NCBI GenBank assembly: GCA_001004665.1
Contig: LCRO01000001.1
Coordinates: 483-64,482, forward strand
DNA length: 64,000 nucleotides
Reading direction: 5' to 3'
Source: Candidatus Adlerbacteria bacterium GW2011_GWA1_54_10
Lineage (GTDB): Bacteria > Patescibacteriota > Minisyncoccia > Phycocordibacterales > SBAW01
The notes under the pieces are model-generated. The model did no database searches, was not told where the DNA came from, and saw nothing but the letters and a program-made list of their open reading frames with translations. The first letter of the stretch is position 1; each line of letters starts with the position of its first letter. Of this stretch, positions 62,413 to 64,000 are shown one piece after another. The position numbers were made by a program, and so were the translations under genes.

Positions 62413-64000
62413 ATGATTAAATACCTCTACATAAAGAACTTCCGCTCTATCAAGGAGCTAGAACTATTCCCCGAAAATCTATGCAGTCTGCTTGGGCCAA
62501 ATAGTGTTGGAAAGACCAATGTATTAAAGGCTCTGGACTTACTGCTTGGGGAATCGTGGGCAACGAAAGGAAAGATTTCGAGGGAACTTTTCAATGACCC
62601 CAACGAGCCAATAGAAATAGAGGCGACCTTTTCAACTCCCATAAAGTATTCGGACAATTACGGACGAGAGATTGTTGCTGAAGGAGTACAGCTCCGTATG
62701 ACTCTTAGGCCAGAGTTAACTTGCAAGGTTTCGACAACACCCGACGGAAAGTTTTTAAGTGAGGATTTTAAAAAGAAGTGCCACTTTATTTACATCCCTT
62801 CTCAAAGAGAACTATCCGACCAGATGAGGGTGACGGGGTGGACATTACTTGGCAAGCTAATGAAAGAGGTGCATGCAAATTATATTGCAGCATATGGTGG
62901 CGATGAGGAAAAATTAAAAGCAGAGTTGAAAGAAATAATTAAACCGGCCAAAGAGTTTATTGAGAAAGATTTCGATCCATCTGCCACCACCTTTAGTAAG
63001 TTTGTTGAAACATTCAAACGCAATTGTGTGCAGAACAGCGTTGGATTGGCAAACAAGTTTGAGCCCGAATTAAATATCTACAACCTCAACTGGTTTTATA
63101 AGACTCTGCAAATTCAAGTAACAGAGAAGAACGGTCAAGTATTTGATGCGGAGGACTTGGGAAGTGGTCTCCAAAATCTCATTCTCATATCAATATTCCA
63201 AACCTACGCCGAACTTATGGGAGGACGGGTAATATTTGGAATAGAAGAGCCGGAAATATATCTTTACCCTCAAGCTCAGCGAGCACTTTACGAAAGTTTT
63301 CAAGAGCTTTCCAAAAATGGCCAAATCTTTTATACCACTCATAATCCTAACTTTGTGAGTGCATTCAGGGCTCATGAAATTGAGATATTGCAAAAAGACG
63401 ATGAAAAAGGTACTTACGTTTTGGATAAAAACTCGGTTATTACGAAGGATTTCTTACAAGATACTCAATATAAGATTTATTCTCACTTCAATACCCATCG
63501 AAACGAAATATTTTTTGCAAAGAAAACACTTCTAGTTGAGGGGCCGTCCGACAAGATTCTTTGGGAAACACTATGCAAAGAAAAGTGGGGGATTGACCTC
63601 AATAGGTCTGGCATATCTATAATCGATTGTAGTGGTAAGGGTGGGGTTATTTACTTTACTGGAGTATGTAAACTACTAGGTTTGAATTACTTTTCCGTAT
63701 GGGATGGCGATGACGAGGCCCCGCATGAGCTACTTGCTGAGGCCCAGACATCCGGACGGGGTTTGGAAATTGAGGGCAACCTCGAAAAGTTCCTTAAATC
63801 CAATTATGCTGACCTTATTTTCAGTAAGGATGAGGCAAAGAAAATCCAGCAAGCTCATGAGTGGGCAGAAAAGACCACAGAATGGCCGGCGGCATTTGAG
63901 CCAGTCAAAATATTCCTTTCCGACCCAGTACCTGTGGTATCTGAAACACCAGTGGTGCCTGCTCAGCCTGTAGAACCAGACCCTCTGGACGATATATTTG
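62413..64000 (+). CDS. OLD-family ATP-dependent nuclease (N-terminal ABC-type ATPase plus C-terminal TOPRIM domain), GajA/PARIS-like anti-phage defence protein; 3'-truncated by the window edge.
   Basis: Translation is open from the ATG at 62413 to position 64000; it is missing from the ORF track because there is no stop. Walker A LLGPNSVGKTNVLKALDLLLG, ABC signature-like LGSGLQNLILISIF, Walker B/D-loop VIFGIEEPEIYLYP, TOPRIM KTLLVEGPSDKILWE...SVWDGDDEA. Confidence 0.8.
   Translation, partial: MIKYLYIKNFRSIKELELFPENLCSLLGPNSVGKTNVLKALDLLLGESWATKGKISRELFNDPNEPIEIEATFSTPIKYSDNYGREIVAEGVQLRMTLRPELTCKVSTTPDGKFLSEDFKKKCHFIYIPSQRELSDQMRVTGWTLLGKLMKEVHANYIAAYGGDEEKLKAELKEIIKPAKEFIEKDFDPSATTFSKFVETFKRNCVQNSVGLANKFEPELNIYNLNWFYKTLQIQVTEKNGQVFDAEDLGSGLQNLILISIFQTYAELMGGRVIFGIEEPEIYLYPQAQRALYESFQELSKNGQIFYTTHNPNFVSAFRAHEIEILQKDDEKGTYVLDKNSVITKDFLQDTQYKIYSHFNTHRNEIFFAKKTLLVEGPSDKILWETLCKEKWGIDLNRSGISIIDCSGKGGVIYFTGVCKLLGLNYFSVWDGDDEAPHELLAEAQTSGRGLEIEGNLEKFLKSNYADLIFSKDEAKKIQQAHEWAEKTTEWPAAFEPVKIFLSDPVPVVSETPVVPAQPVEPDPLDDIF

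Larger units (their letters stand above)
55775..64000 (+). mobile_element. Candidate integrated mobile element (prophage remnant or integrative island). Low-GC foreign DNA starting directly after rplE and running to the window edge; carries a large serine recombinase and an OLD-family defence nuclease.
   Basis: GC falls abruptly from about 60% to about 45% at 55.8 kb. The expected rpsN-rpsH-rplF... genes are absent. Gene content is unrelated to translation: repeat membrane protein, zinc-ribbon mini-proteins, winged-helix protein, serine recombinase 60605..62335, OLD nuclease 62413..end. The right boundary is not in the window. Confidence 0.6.

Noticed and set aside
1-64000. Alternative genetic code, e.g. 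UGA=Gly code 25 as in some CPR lineages.
   Set aside because: Conserved full-length proteins (EF-Tu, EF-G, ribosomal proteins, NusA, PNPase) terminate at TGA, TAA and TAG where expected, and no conserved protein requires stop-codon read-through.

Overview
This 64 kb window comes from a high-GC (about 60%) bacterial chromosome that uses the standard genetic code. Complete conserved proteins end at ordinary stop codons. The gene content (reduced housekeeping set, HU, RNase Y, CCA enzyme, comEC, anaerobic RNR nrdDG, many small secreted proteins) suggests a small-genome bacterium, possibly from the CPR/Patescibacteria; that placement is inference only.

Most of the window is confidently assignable housekeeping DNA:
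- rsmA, pcrA/uvrD, a LysM-M23 peptidase, comM, a dksA-like gene, pnp, rpsO, xerC/D and xth.
- cca and a four-tRNA cluster (Arg-UCG, Gly-GCC, Pro-UGG, Gly-UCC) with a yraN-like endonuclease gene.
- hup, rny, clpP, tig, ppa, nusA, tpiA-pgk, nrdD-nrdG and iscS-iscU.
- recJ, rnhA, comEC, sod, rpmB and an M50 protease.
- An str/S10 ribosomal-protein cluster: rpsL-rpsG-fusA, a secreted PKD-domain protein, then tuf-rpsJ-rplC-rplD-rplW-rplB-rpsS-rplV-rpsC-rplP-rpmC-rpsQ-rplN-rplX-rplE.

The most unusual features:
1. The ribosomal cluster stops abruptly after rplE (55774). It is followed, on the same strand, by at least 8 kb of much lower-GC (about 45%) foreign DNA that runs to the window end. This DNA encodes a polytopic membrane protein with tandem WG-like repeats, a second membrane protein, two paralogous CxxC...YGHG...CGxC zinc-ribbon mini-proteins, a winged-helix protein, a large serine recombinase and a 3'-truncated OLD-family (ATPase-TOPRIM, GajA/PARIS-like) nuclease. 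This is a candidate integrated mobile element carrying an anti-phage defence gene, parked inside the S10-spc operon. Shared 20-mer repeats sit downstream of its genes.
2. A palindromic mini-element of about 21-45 bp (core GGYTCNTCRAGGYCGRACCTT) is inserted in-frame into linker regions of three housekeeping genes: comM, pnp and pgk. Each copy adds a GSSRS(N/P)L peptide, which resembles Rickettsia palindromic elements.
3. A conserved motif of about 35 bp (CCATTCGACAAGCTCAGGRTAAATTAAGAAATTTATG) recurs in four intercistronic gaps of the ribosomal operon.
4. A catalytically degenerate PilB/GspE paralog lies divergent from nusA.
5. A minus-strand operon at the window start encodes a TrbL/VirB6-like membrane protein (partial), a 732-aa membrane-anchored protein with Gly-rich repeats and a coiled coil, and a secreted helical protein.
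6. AAAGGACAT direct/inverted repeats and TTCACGTGAA palindromes are dense around the tRNA/cca/yraN cluster.
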